Assembly (NCBI RefSeq): GCF_963921235.1 | Contig: NC_086108.1 | Location: 81,346,001-81,410,000, forward strand | Length of the DNA: 64,000 nucleotides | Origin: Mobula hypostoma | Taxonomy: Eukaryota | Reading direction: 5' to 3' | Shown: positions 25,401 to 37,888 of the stretch, piece by piece | Numbering within the stretch: position 1 is the first letter of the stretch | Layout of the letters: the number at the start of each line of letters is the position of its first letter | Made by a program: the position numbers and the translations under genes | The notes under the pieces: generated by a model | Database searches by the model: none | What the model saw: the letters and a program-made list of their open reading frames with translations, nothing else | Told to the model about the DNA's origin: nothing

Positions 25401-27583
25401 AATTGAGTTTGACACAAGATACACAAGAGGAAATTTTAAAAATTAGGAATGAAATTAATAGTTTAGCTGCACAAGAAATTAGAAAAAAATTAATGTTTCT
25501 GAAACAGAGACACTACGAAAGTGGATCTAAATCTAAGAAAATACTGGCGTGGAACCTGAAGAAAAAGATAGCAGAAAATACAATTCATAGAATAAGGGAT
25601 CCAAGAACAAAAGTGATAAAAATAAGCTAAGTGAAATCCATGAAGCTTTTGAAATGTTTTACGAAACTCTATATTCCAAAGTTCCAGGGAGAAATTTAAC
25701 CCAAATTGACACCTTCCTGAATTCTTTAGAGTAAACCACTTTAAGCAAAGAACAAAAGAGAAAGATGACTGCTGACATAACTGAAGCTGAACTAAAAACT
25801 GCAATTAGTAGGCTTAAATTAAGCAAGTCACCAGGATCAGATTGATATACAGCAGAGTGGTATAAAGAGTTTAGAAGTGAGTCAATCCCTGTTTTACACC
25901 CCACACTGAACTGGGCCCTGAGAAAGGCGCAAATGCCATCCCGCAGGAAGGAGGCGATAATCTCAGCTATACCGAAAGAAGGCAAGGATAAAATGGAATG
26001 TGGGTCATTTAGACCAATATCTGTTCTTAATGTGGATTATAGATTACTTACCTCCATCATGGCCAAACGATTAGAAGAGTTTCTACCCACACTGATACAT
26101 AATGCTCAGACAGGTTTCATACAACAACGCCAAACACAAGACAATATACGCAGGACACTTCACATTATGAATCATATTTAACAAATGAAATAGAAGCAAT
26201 AGTGATAAGCGTGGACGCTGAAAAGGCATTTAATTCAGTTAACTGGAGTTTTCTTTATAGAGTTTTACATAGATTTGGTCTACATGACACAATTATTAAA
26301 ACTATACAGGCACTATACGACAATCCTACTGCCAGGATTAAAATCAATGGATGTTTATCTAATAGTTTTACCCTAGAAAGGGGCACGAGACAGGGTTGTG
26401 CACGGTCACCACTACTCTTCGCATTATATCTGGAACCATTAGCTCAATACATCAGACAAAATGAAGATATTAAGGGAATTACTATTAAAGGGACAGAGCA
26501 TAAATTGGCCTGTTACGCGGATGACATTTTGATCTTTCTAGGGCAACCAACAGACTCTTTACCTAAATTGATGTAATCCTTTGAACAATATGGCCAATTA
26601 TCAGAATACAAGATCAACATAGATAAAACCCAACTACTTTCATACAACTATAGCCCACCAAGAGAAATTGAAAATAGATATCCTTGGGCATGGCAAACAG
26701 AGATGTCAAATATTTGGGCATCATTATGCCAAAAGATTTGGCAAAATTATCAGAATGCAATTATCAGCCTATATATAAAAAATTAAGGAAGATATAACAA
26801 GGTGGGTTCTAATTCCTTTTCTTGGTCTCAGTTCAAGGACTGAATCTATTAAAATGAATATACTGCCCAGACTACTATATCTCTTTCAGACCCTACCAAT
26901 AGAGATTAACCAAAATCAATTCAATGAATGGAACAAGATGCTATCAAGATACATATGGCAAGGTAAAAGGCCTAGGGTTCGTCTCAAAACTTTGCAATTA
27001 GCCAAGGAAAAGGGGGGATGGGGCCTACCTTCTCTTAGAGATTATTATTTTTCAGCACAGTTGAGAGCTGTGATATGCTGGTGCAACCCATCATATGACG
27101 CTCAATGGAAAAACATTGAGGAGGGGATACTTTCCATCCCCATACAGGCAATTTTGGCTGATAACAACCTACAAAGTTACATAAATAATATTGACAACCC
27201 GTGGGTGAAATGGACTCTTAAAATATGGAAAACTATTATAAAAGAATATGAACTAGAGAGAGAGAGTCTTAAATGATGTGCGTGTGACTTGGATTTTACG
27301 CTGAATAAACTGGAAAAAATGGTTTAACTACATAACACCTCATAGGCCTGATTTTATTCTCACAAGTCAATAAATATGTTGTAAAAAAAGATCACTCCCT
27401 ACTCTGTACATAGTTTTCTTCTTTCAATTGTTCTTTCTTTCCTCTCCTTTCTATAAGAGTATACCTCAGATAAATATTATGTGGAGATTTGTGACGAATA
27501 TGATTGTATGATATATATGTATAGCACTGTATCTGAAATGCTTGTTTGTTGATGAAATTCGATAAAAAATAAATTACAAAAAG
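22436..27583 (+). mobile_element. L1-clade LINE, 5'-truncated (ORF1 C-terminus, spacer, disrupted ORF2, A-rich tail)
   Basis: ORF2 starts at ATG 23028 (MAKDKVKFISFNING). Motifs LQETHL, TRIDYF, SDHAP, FRPISVLNVDY, DAEKAF, RGTRQGC..SP, YADD. A-rich tail at 27562-27586. Internal deletion near 27312. Confidence 0.92.
23089..24457 (-). mobile_element. RTE-clade LINE, 5'-truncated, with (AGT)n tail and 12-bp TSD
   Basis: GISLTCILAKLYN, IDFRKAFDSIHR, GVLQGDTLAP, DLDFADD, LAGHCIRH..GRPPKT; TGAATCCAGTCA at 23077-23088 and 24458-24469. Confidence 0.9.
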
Positions 27584-30500
27584 AAACTGTGGCCTCTAGT
27601 GCTAGCCATTCCAGCCCTGGGAAAAGGCCTCTGACTATCCACACTATCAATGTCTCTCACCATCTTATACACCTCTATCAGGTCACCTCTCATCCTCCGT
27701 TGCTCCAAGGAGAAAAGGCTGAGTTCACTCAACCTATTCTCATAAGGCATGCTCCCCAATCCAGGCAACATCCTTGTAAATCTCCTCTGCATCCTTTCTA
27801 TGGTTTCCACATCCTTCCCACAGTGAGGCAACCAGAACTGAGCACAGTATTCCAAGTGGAGTCTGACCAGGGTCCTATATAGCTGCAACATTACCTCTCA
27901 GCTCCTAAATTCACCTCCACGATTGATGAAGGCCAATGCACCTTGTGCTTTCTTAACCACAGTGTCAACCTGCGTAGCAGCTTTGAGTGTCCTATGAACT
28001 CGGACCACAAGATCCCTCTGATCCTCCACACTGACAAGAGTCTTACTATTAATATTACATTCTGCCATCATATTTAACCTACCAAAATGTACCACCTCAC
28101 ACTTATCTGGGTTGAACTCCATCTGCCACATCTCAGCCCAGTTTTGCATCCTATCAATGTCCCGCTATAACCTCTGACAACCCTCCACACTAACCACAAC
28201 ACCCCCAACCTTTGTGTCATCAGCAAACTTACTAACCCATCCCTCCACTTCTTCATCCAGGTCATTTATAAAAATTATGAAGTGCAGGGGTCCCAGAACA
28301 AATCCCTGAGGCACACCACTGGTCACCGACCTCCATGCAAAAACACTCTTTGCCTTCTGTGGACAAGCCAGTTCTGGATCCACAAAGCAATATGCCCTTG
28401 GATCCCATGTCTCCTTACTTTCTCAATAATCCTTGCATGGGGTACCTTATCAAATTCCTTGCTGAAATCCATATACATTACATCTACTGCTCTACCTTCA
28501 TCAATGTGTTTAGTCACATCTCAAAAAACTCAATCAGGCTCGTAAGGCACGACCTGCCTTTGACGAAGCCATGCTGACTATTCCTAATCATATTATACCT
28601 CTCCAAATGGTCATAAATCCTGGCTCTCAGGATCTTCTCCATCAAATTACCAACCACCAAGTAAGACTCACTGGTCTATAATTTCCTGGGCTATCTCTAC
28701 TCCCTTTCTTGAACAATGGAACAACATCAGCAACCCTCCATTCCTCTGGAACCTCTCCCATCCCCATTGATGATGTAAAGATCATCGCCAGAGGTTCAGC
28801 AATCTCCTCCCTCATCTCCCACAGTAGCCTGGTGTACATCTCGTCTGGTCCCAGAGACTTATCCAACTTGATGCTTTCCAAAAGCTCCAGCACATCCTCC
28901 TTCTTAACACCTACAGGCTCAAGCTTTTCAGTCCGCTGTAAGTCATCCCTACAATCGCCAAGATCCTTTTCCATATGAATACTGAAGCAAGGTACTCATT
29001 AAGTACCTCTGCTATCTCCTCTGGTTCCATACACACTTTTCCACTGTCACACTTGATTGGTCCTATTCTCTTATGTCTTATCCTCTTGCTCTTCGCATAC
29101 TTGTAGAATGCCTTGGGGTTTTCCTTAATCCTGTCTGCCAAGACCTTCTCATGGCCCCTTCTGGCTCTCCTACTTTCTTTCTTAAGCTCCTTCCTGCTAG
29201 CCTTATAATCTTCTAGATTCCTACCATTACCTAGTTTTTTTGAACCTTTTGTAAGCTCTTCTTCTTGAGTAGATTCACAGCTTTTGTGCACCACAGTTCC
29301 TGTACCGTACCATTCTTTTCTTGTCTCATTGTGAGTTCTTCATACAGATGCTGGAGTCCTGGGAAACTCAGATTCTCCCAGGGAGCTACATCTGTGTGAA
29401 CCTCATCCAGCTGAAGCTCCTTAAAGACCGTATCAGGGATCTAGAGCAACAGCTGGATGACCTTTGGCTTGTACGGGAGAGTGAGGAGATCATCGATCAG
29501 AGTTACAGGGAAGTAGTAATCCCTAAGCTGCAAGAGGCAACTAGCTGGTGACTGTCAGGAGAAATGGAAATGTGAATAGGCAGTTAGTGCAGAGACCCCT
29601 GTCGCCATTCCCCTCAATAATAAGTATACTGTTTTGGATACTGTTGTGGGGGATAACCCCCCCCCCCCAGGGAATGCCACGGAGACCAGGTTAATGGCAC
29701 TGAGCATAGTTCCATGGTGCAGAAGGGAAAGAGGGAGAAGAGGGGAGCGGTAGTGATAGGGGACTCAATAGTCAGAGGAACAGTCAGGAGATTCTGTGGA
29801 TGTGAATGGTACACCCGGATGATTTGTTGCCTCCCAGGTGCCAGGGTCAGGGACATCTCAGTTCACGTCCACAGCATTTTGGAGAGGGAGGGAAAGCAGC
29901 CAGATATCTTGGTACATATTGGTACCAATGATATAGGAAGGAAAAGCCATGAGGTCCTAAAGAGAGAATTTAGAGAGCACAACAGAAAGCTGAGAAGCAG
30001 GACCTCCAGGATAGTAATTTCTGGATTGCTGCCTGTGCCACACTCCAGTGAGGGTAGAAACAGGATGATTTGGCAGATAAATGTGTGGCTGTGAAGCTGG
30101 TGCAGCAGGCAGGGCTTCTGGTTATTGGATCATTGGGATCTCTTCTGGGAAAGGTAAGACCTGTTCAAAAGTGACAGGGTGCACCTGAACCCGAGCAGAA
30201 CCAATATTTTCATGGGCTAGTTTGTTCGAGCTGTTGGGGAGGGTTTAAGCTAATTTGGCAGGGTTATGGGAACCAGAATGAAGAGACTCAGTATAGAATG
30301 GATGGTAAAAAAAAGCAAAGATTGCGTGCAGTCAGAATGTCAGGAAGGGCAGGCAGATAATAGGACAAAGTTGTATTCAGCAGGGTGAGTATCAGTGCAT
30401 TAGGGATGAAAAATCAAAAAGGGTAGGAAATACAGCACTCAAAGTGTCATATCTCAATGCACAGAGCATAAGAAATAAGGTGGATGATCTTGATGCATTA

Positions 30501-32229
30501 TTACATATTGTCAGGTATAATGTTGTGGCCAGACTGAATCACGGCTGAAGGATGGTTTTAGTTGGGAGCTAAATGCCCAAGGTTACACGTTGTATCAGAA
30601 GGTAGGAAGGTGGGCAGAGGGGGTGATGTGGCTCTGCTGGTAAAGATTTGCATCAAATCAGGGAAAGGTGTGACATAGGATCTGAAGATGTTGAATCCTT
30701 GTGGGTTGAGTTGAAACCGCAAGGGTAAAAAGACCTTGATGGCGTTATATACAGGCCTCCCAACAGTAGCTGGGGTGTGCACCACAGATTACCACAGGAA
30801 ATAGAAAAGGCTTGTCAAAAATGCAAGGTTGTGATAGTCATGGGAGATTGGGAAAATCAGATTGGTAATGGATCTCAAGAGAGTGAGTTTGTTGAATGCC
30901 TACGAGATTACTTTTTAGAGCAGTTTGGCATTGACCCTACTATAGGATCAGCTATTGGGTGTTATGTAATGAACCGAAGGTAATTAGAGAGCTTAAGGTA
31001 AAAGAGCCCTTTGGAGCAAGTGATCATATGATTGAGTTCAGCTTGAAATTTGATAGGGAGAAAGTAAAGTCTGACGTAGCAGTATTTTGGTGGAGTAAAG
31101 GGAATTACAATTGCATGAGAGAGGAGTTGGCCAAAGTAAATTGGAAGGAGCTGCTGGAAGGGTTGACAGCAGAGCAGCAACGGTGTGAGTTTCTGGGAAA
31201 AATGAGGAAACTGCAGGATAGATGTATTCCAAAAACAAAGAAATACTCAAATAGCAAAATAGTACAATCATGGCTGACAAGGGAAGTCAAAGCTAATGTA
31301 AAAGCAAAAGAGAGGGCATACAATAAAGCAAAGATTATTGGGAAGACAGAGAATTGTGTAACTTTTAAAAACCTACAGAGAGCAACTAAAAGGATCATTA
31401 GAAGGGAAGAGATGAAATATGAAAGCAAGTAAGTGAACAATATCAAAGTGGATCGTAGAAGCTTTTTCAAGTATGTAAAAAATAATGCTTTAGATGATGG
31501 AATAGATGGCTTTGTTGCCACGTTTGCAGATGATACGAGTATTAGTGGAGGGGCAGGTAGTGTTGAGGAAACAGTCAGTCTGCAGGAGGACTTAGACAGG
31601 TTTGGAGAATGGGCAAGAAAGTGGCAAATGAAATACAATGTTGTAAAATGCTTGGTCATGCACTTTAGTAATAGAAATAAATGTGCAGACAACTTTCTAA
31701 ACAGGGAGAAAATCCAAAAATTTGATATACAAAGAGACTTGGGAATCCCCGTGCAAAACACCCAAAAGGTTAACTTGCAGATTGAGTCAGTTGTGAGGAA
31801 GGCAAATGTACTGTTGGCATTCATTTCAAGAACTCTTGAATACAAGAGTAGGGATTTGATGCTGAGGCTTTATAAGGCACTGGAGAAGCCTCACCTTTAG
31901 TATTGTGAATAGTTTTGGGCTCCTCATCTAAGAAAAGATGTGTTAGCATTAGAAAGGTCCAGAGGAGGTTCACAAGGACGATTCTGGGAATGAAAGGGTT
32001 ATCATATGAGAGACGTTTGATAGCTCTGGGTCTATATTAGCAGGAATTTAGACATGAGGGGTGGATCTTATTGAAATCTTTCGAATGCGGGGAGAATATT
32101 CAAATTTGGGCTTGGTTTAAATCGGTGCTTCATGGCTAGCATAGACTATGTAGCCTGAAGGGTCTGTTTCTGCACTCTATGATTTTCCGTCTTTATTGTT
32201 ACCACTGTACTATTGGTGAAAGATCTCCC

Positions 32230-33045
32230 CTCATTCTCCTATATTCCAATACTCCAGAGAATAAAGTCCTAACCTAGACCATAAAATCATAAGACGTAGG
32301 AGCAGAATTAGACCATTTGGCCCATCAAATCTGCTCTGCCCTTTGATCGTTGATGGTTTATTGTCTCTCTCACACTTATTCTCCTGCCTTCTCCCCGTAG
32401 CCTTTGAGAACATTACCAATTCAGACTTTCCTTATAACTCAGGTCCTCAAGTCTTTGTAAATTTTCTCTGCACTCTTTCAAGCTTATTGAAAACTTTCTT
32501 GTAGGTAGTTGACAGAAATGCACTTAGTACTCCAAATTCGGCCTTAGCAACATCTTATACAACTTCAACATAACATCTCAACTCCTGTACCCAGTGCCCT
32601 GATTTATAAAGACCAAGGTGCCAAAAGCTCTCTAAGTCCCTGTCTGTCTGTGATACCACTTCCAAGGAATTATGATCTGTATTCCCAAATCCTGCTGTTC
32701 TACTACACTCCTCGGTGCCCTAGTGCTCACTGTGTAAGACCTCCTTCAGTTGGTCCTCCCAAGGTGGAACACTTCACACTTGTCTACATTAAGTTCCATT
32801 TTCCACTGTTCAACCCATTTCCTTCAAGCTTTGATGGCCTTCCTCGCTGTCCACTAGGGCCCTAATCTTGGTCTCATCAACAAGTTTGCTGATCCAGTTT
32901 ACCGCATTATCATTTCAATCATTAACATGATTGGTAAACAACAACTGACTCAGCACCAATCCCTGCGGCACATTGCTAGTCACAGGTCTCCAGCCAGACA
33001 GACAATTCATCTACTACCAGACTGTAGTTTCTTCCGCTAAGCCAA
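32230..33045 (-). mobile_element. Degraded CR1 fragment with a second CR1 3' tail inserted at ~32275-32420
   Basis: RLGLYSLEY, LARPNLEY and KLVDETKI remnants on minus strand. Confidence 0.7.
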
Positions 33046-33805
33046 AGTAAGGTCAAGGGTTGGGTTAGGCCAACAGGCATTAAAGAAACCAGTGATCTCC
33101 AGGTTGCCAAAACCCAAGTTGGAGGTCTGTGTGGGTGGGAATCACGAGTGCTGGTGACTTCCCCAGGCACTGGGTCGGAGGTCTGTGCAAGTATGGAAGT
33201 CGCGGTCCAAGGCACTCTGCAATCGAAGGCCAATGATTCCGGTGGTTGGGTCAGTTGAGGCCCAAATGTCAAACCCATGACTGGTGAAGCCTACGGTTGA
33301 GGCCTGAGGGTCAAACCCGCGACTGGCAAGTCCTGGAGTCGAGCTCCAAAGGATAAACCCATAATCAGTGAGTTCTGGGGTCGATAACCATAGGTCAGCA
33401 AAATCCAGAGGGAAAAGTCAAAGGCCTATATCTGGAACTCGGCAAGACTGAAGATAGAAAGCCAGATAGGTAAAAGACCAACATCAACGAGTCCAGAAGT
33501 AGAGGGCGAGTCTAGGCCAGAGACTGGTGGTTGGGGGCCCAATGCCTGCGAGGTTAGAGGTCAGAGCCTTGTATGTGTGAGGGGTTTGGAGAGCTGAAAA
33601 GGAGCCTGTTGTTGTTGCTGCTCCTTGTGGTATACTGTGTTCTGTTCTGGTTGTGTTGAACATTGTGAGCATGACGTGTCAGCACTGGAAGGTGTGGGCT
33701 GCCCCAGCACATCCTTGGGTGTGTTGGTTGTGAACACAAAACAGCATATATCACTGGATGTTTTGATGTACATGTAATTAATAAATGAATTGGAAATGAA
33801 TCCAT
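33046..33805 (+). mobile_element. Unclassified non-coding interspersed element with a degenerate 42-bp internal repeat and LINE-type tail
   Basis: AAACCC recurs at 33271, 33313 and 33355; ends GATGTACATGTAATTAATAAATGAAT. Confidence 0.45.
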
Positions 33806-34629
33806 ATCACTTCGGAGCTAGTGAATGAATGACCAAGAGGGTGATGAAGTGGCTAGGGACACAAACAAGCTGAGCGCTACTGAAATATGAAATGGATGTG
33901 AGAAATATGGTGATGGGGAACACTAAGAAATTTGGGGGAAACAAAGGAAAGGGTGGATTAAACCACAGGATGTGGCCAATGCAGCAAACATTCCAACTTT
34001 TCCCTGCTCTCCCAACCCTTACTCTGGTTACAAAAGTGCTCCCTACAGCTTGTCCAGTTCTCCTGGTGCTTTTCGCTTCAGTTACCTCTCAGCATGCCAA
34101 GGTAACAGCGGTAGTTTATGTCCTCACATTGTGAAGTGTATCCTGCCTCCTCCTGTCCGCACCTAGCTCTGATTCAGATGAGTGCCATAACCCGAGGTGC
34201 TACCCACCCACACATTCCTCTGTCCACACCCCTCCCACCTCCCCTTACCCTATGTGCACCACCCATCCCTGACAGTAACAAATTCTACAGACATTTACCC
34301 TCTCTTTAAATGGAAATGCTGAATATCACTGACACAGCGGACTCCAGAGAGACAAAGCCCGCAAAGCAAAATTAATTGGCTCAATTAAGCTGAGATCACA
34401 GATTCCGGCCCACTCTATTGACTTCTGAGGAATGTCTTAAGAATTTGCCTAGAATTAGATGAATATCGCGTCGGCATTTTGCCAACAGACAGCCGTCTGT
34501 CTGCAATCTGTTGATCTTTGACAAAGCTGATTGGGAAATCTTAATCACATATATCTAGCAGGCATCTTAACATTCTATGACCTATTAGAGCTGGTCTATG
34601 ATATATCAAGTTCTAAGGTTATATTCCTT

Positions 34630-34830
34630 GAGAGATACAGTGAGGAAACAAGCCCTTTGGCCCATCAAATGCGCTTTGATTATCAACCATCCAATACACT
34701 AATTCTACTAATTCTACCCTTTTTTTATTCTTTCCACATTTTCATCAATTTCTCCCCAACATTCTTTCTCTCCCTTAAGAGTCAGTATTATAATAACCAA
34801 TTAACCTACTAACTTGCATGTCTTTGAGAT
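34630..34830 (-). mobile_element. V-SINE relic
   Basis: CR1-like tail (GCCCTTTGGCCCATC) plus CCAATTAACCTACTAAC..GCATGTCTTTG, similar to 6100-6225 and 6680-6940. Confidence 0.5.
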
Positions 34831-35119
34831 TAATATTTTTCTAATTGACTTGAGATTGATGGAAGAGAAAATCAATCCAGAATGAAGGTATATTGAAAGT
34901 ACAAATGATATGATCACTTCAATTATGTTATGGTTTGGAGGCTTCACACTTTAAAAACTACCCTCTGGAATTCACTAAAGACTAGGACCTGACTTATCTG
35001 ATCCCTGGTAACTTGGGTTTGACATTGGATTTTCATTGGAGTTTCCCAGGAACACGATAAGAGGAAGCAGAGTAGGCTATCCAGTCTATTGAGCTTGCTC
35101 CAGCATCCATTAAAATGAT

Positions 35120-35580
35120 TGTAGGACGTAAGAACAGACTTAGACCATTTGGCCAATCGAGTCTGCTTCTCAATTTGATCGAGGCTGATTTATTTTCCAT
35201 CTCAGCCTCATTCTCCTGCCTTCTGCCCATAACCTTTGACACACATACTTATCAGGAACCTATTAATCTCTGCTTTAAATATACCCAATTACTTGGCCTC
35301 CACAGCTGTCCATGGCTATGAAATCCACAGATTCAACTCTGTATGGCTAAAGAAATTCCTCCTTATCTCTTTTAAAGAGGCATTCTTGTACTCTGAGACT
35401 GTGCCCTCTGGTCCTAGACTCCCCCACTTTTGGAAACATTCTCTTCATGTCCACTTTATCTAGGCCTTCCAATATTTGAAAAGTTTCATCGGGATCCCCA
35501 CTCATTATTTTAAACTCCTGTCAATATAGGCCCAGAGCCATTAAATGCTCCTTATACATTTACCCTTTCATTCCCAGGAT
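35120..35580 (-). mobile_element. CR1/HER1-like 3' end
   Basis: Tail hairpin and terminal ORF2 region as in 55746-56220. Confidence 0.8.
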
Positions 35581-37149
35581 CCAGCAAAAAGCATCCAAAA
35601 GGGTCGTGGTGATTTGGGGTTACTACTCCTTTCAATTAGGTACAGTAAAATATAAATTAAAAGCAATAGATGCTGGAAATCTGAGATAAGGACACAAAAT
35701 ATTGGAAACTTGCGCAGATCAGGCAGCATCTGTTTTAACAGAATCAGAGTTAATGTTGCAGATCAAAGACATTTCGTCATGAGGTCAATAAACTGTTTTC
35801 AAAAATGTTGCAGAGTTCTCTTGGGTTCACTTTCTTCAAAAAATGTAGAGCAGAAGAGTAGCAGTAGTCCACATGGTCTCTCAAACCCACTCACCGTTCA
35901 AAATGATCCCACTACCCCAGGAAAGGCCACCCGTCCACTCAATCTCTATGCCTTTATTTTTAGCATCACAATGTTGAATGTAGTCAAAGGTGAAACAATT
36001 ACATCCTCTCTGCAGAGTTGTACAGATGTTAATGCCTCTGAGTAAGAAATTACTTCTCATCTCAGTCCTGATTGGTTTCTCCCTCTCCTGAGGCAACTCC
36101 CCATAGATCTAGACTCCATAGAGTGAAGTATCTTCTTATTCTTGATTGATCACCTCTTATTCTTCTAAGCCCCGGTGAGTGAATACCAACCTTCTTCAAT
36201 CTTTCCATATGGGGAAAAGAAAAGCTCATTCCAGAGTCATACTAACAATGTCAAATTAGGTTTCACTGTGATATTTTGCACTGTTTTACTGATTGAGCAG
36301 AAATTAGGTTTTTGGTATTTATAAGATATTCAATTATTTGGTGGATTACACTGACAGAGTAGCAATTTCAAATCCACGTTGGTTAGTCATTGCTGCCTCT
36401 AAAATAATTCTCAGTGACATTTATCCATGCGTGGTTTATTTCAAATCACAAAACCTCCCAGTTAGGACTTTTGCAGCTCTGCTATAAATAAGCATTGCAA
36501 TCAGTTACCAAAGGCAAACAAAGTAATGTTATCTTGGTAGCTCAAGGTTATTGACTTCATTAACTGCTAATAAAATAGTTAGGTATTCCTCGTGTATCCC
36601 ACAGGACATTGGTCAGAATGATTTTCATTGTTGTTGCATTCTGACTGAAAATAATATTGCCACTGTCTTGTGTGGTTCTCATGCAGGTGAATCTCTCAGA
36701 CTTACTGATGGACAATGGAGAGGCTGTCAAATAGTAACAATTTGAAATGGATAAGTATCTGAACTTGAGGCTAGTATAGCTGTGCAGTAAGAACCAAAGG
36801 GCCAAAATTTCCCATCAGTAAAATTCGAGTCTGAGGTGAGAAAGAGTTAAAATATGGGATACTCAACCTGTTGTCCCTGTGCCAGCTTTACAATGCACTG
36901 ATAAGTTAGAGAAAAGCAGCTGGCTTGGTATTCAGTGCACCACAGTGCCCCAGATCTGGTGCTGACTGTGTTAATGAATAACCATTCCCCACAAAGGAAA
37001 AGCAAATGCTTCTTTGACTCCCTTTGAATGGGGTTCAAAATTATCTTTTTTTTAATTGGGACCATGGACATTCCTGGTTCCCCAATGTGCACCACCATTG
37101 CCATTTGGATCCATTCCTTGTTCATCAAATACATTTGCTTGCCAAAGCT

Positions 37150-37530
37150 CCAGCAGTTCAGTGGCATGGAGATACCTGGTCTGGATATGACTATCCTCAG
37201 CTGTATCTCATCCCATGATACTGGAAGGTTTGCCTTATGAGGGGTCGCAATGAACCAGGCAGAGAGGTTCTGGACATGACATATTGGGACCAGCTTTCAC
37301 ACCTGTCTGGATGAGCTGAAACAGAAACAGGCATTACCATCCAATATTAAGCTTCGACTACTCCAAATTTGGATTTTCTCCTGGTCGGGTTTGCTGCAAG
37401 GCCTGGCCAAGGTGGCCATTCATATGTCTATATAGTCAAGGATTCTGCCTGAGGCAACTACCCGCCCCTCTTCCAAGATTACATCCGTGTCTGTGTGATC
37501 TGGAGAAGGAGCGTGCAATATCCACAGGTA
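37150..37530 (+). mobile_element. Tx1-like ORF2 C-terminal relic
   Basis: GLLQGLAKVAIH then PLFQDYIRV..LEKERAISTG resembles Tx1-clade ORF2 C-termini as I recall them; frameshifted. Confidence 0.5.
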
Positions 37531-37705
37531 CAAAGTTCAAAGTAAATTTATAATCAAAGTTAGTATACAATAAATAACCTTGAGATTCAACTTCTTGCAA
37601 GCATCCACTAAAGAAAGACAATAGAATCCATGAAAAACTACACATTACAAAGCCTGACAAACATCCAATAATCAATAATACCAATGTAGTAATATAGTAT
37701 ATAGA

Positions 37706-37741
37706 TGTGTATCTGTGTGTGTGAGTGTGTGTCTGAGGTGT

Positions 37742-37797
<56 letters not shown>

Positions 37798-37853
37798 TGG
37801 GTGTGAGGTGTGTGTGTGTGATTGGTGTGCGGTGTGTGTGTGTGATGGGTGTG

Positions 37854-37888
<35 letters not shown>

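Larger units (their letters stand above)
22147..29332 (-). mobile_element. CR1 element B (22147-22435 and 27584-29332), interrupted by L1
   Basis: (TTTCTATG)n tail at 22147; ORF2 pieces with NYRPVSLT, GVPQGFVLGP, KFADDT, HLEYCAQFW; sequence is collinear across the L1. Confidence 0.9.
22011..32090 (+). mobile_element. CR1 element A: 5' UTR and ORF1 start (22011-22146), resuming at 29327 with ORF1 (SGNH esterase-like) and an internally deleted ORF2
   Basis: ATG at 22136 joins via CATTGT to 29327. ORF1 motifs VVIGDSIVRG, CCLPGARVRD, VHIGTNDIG. ORF2 EN motifs from ~30450; FADDT at ~31523. Confidence 0.85.
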
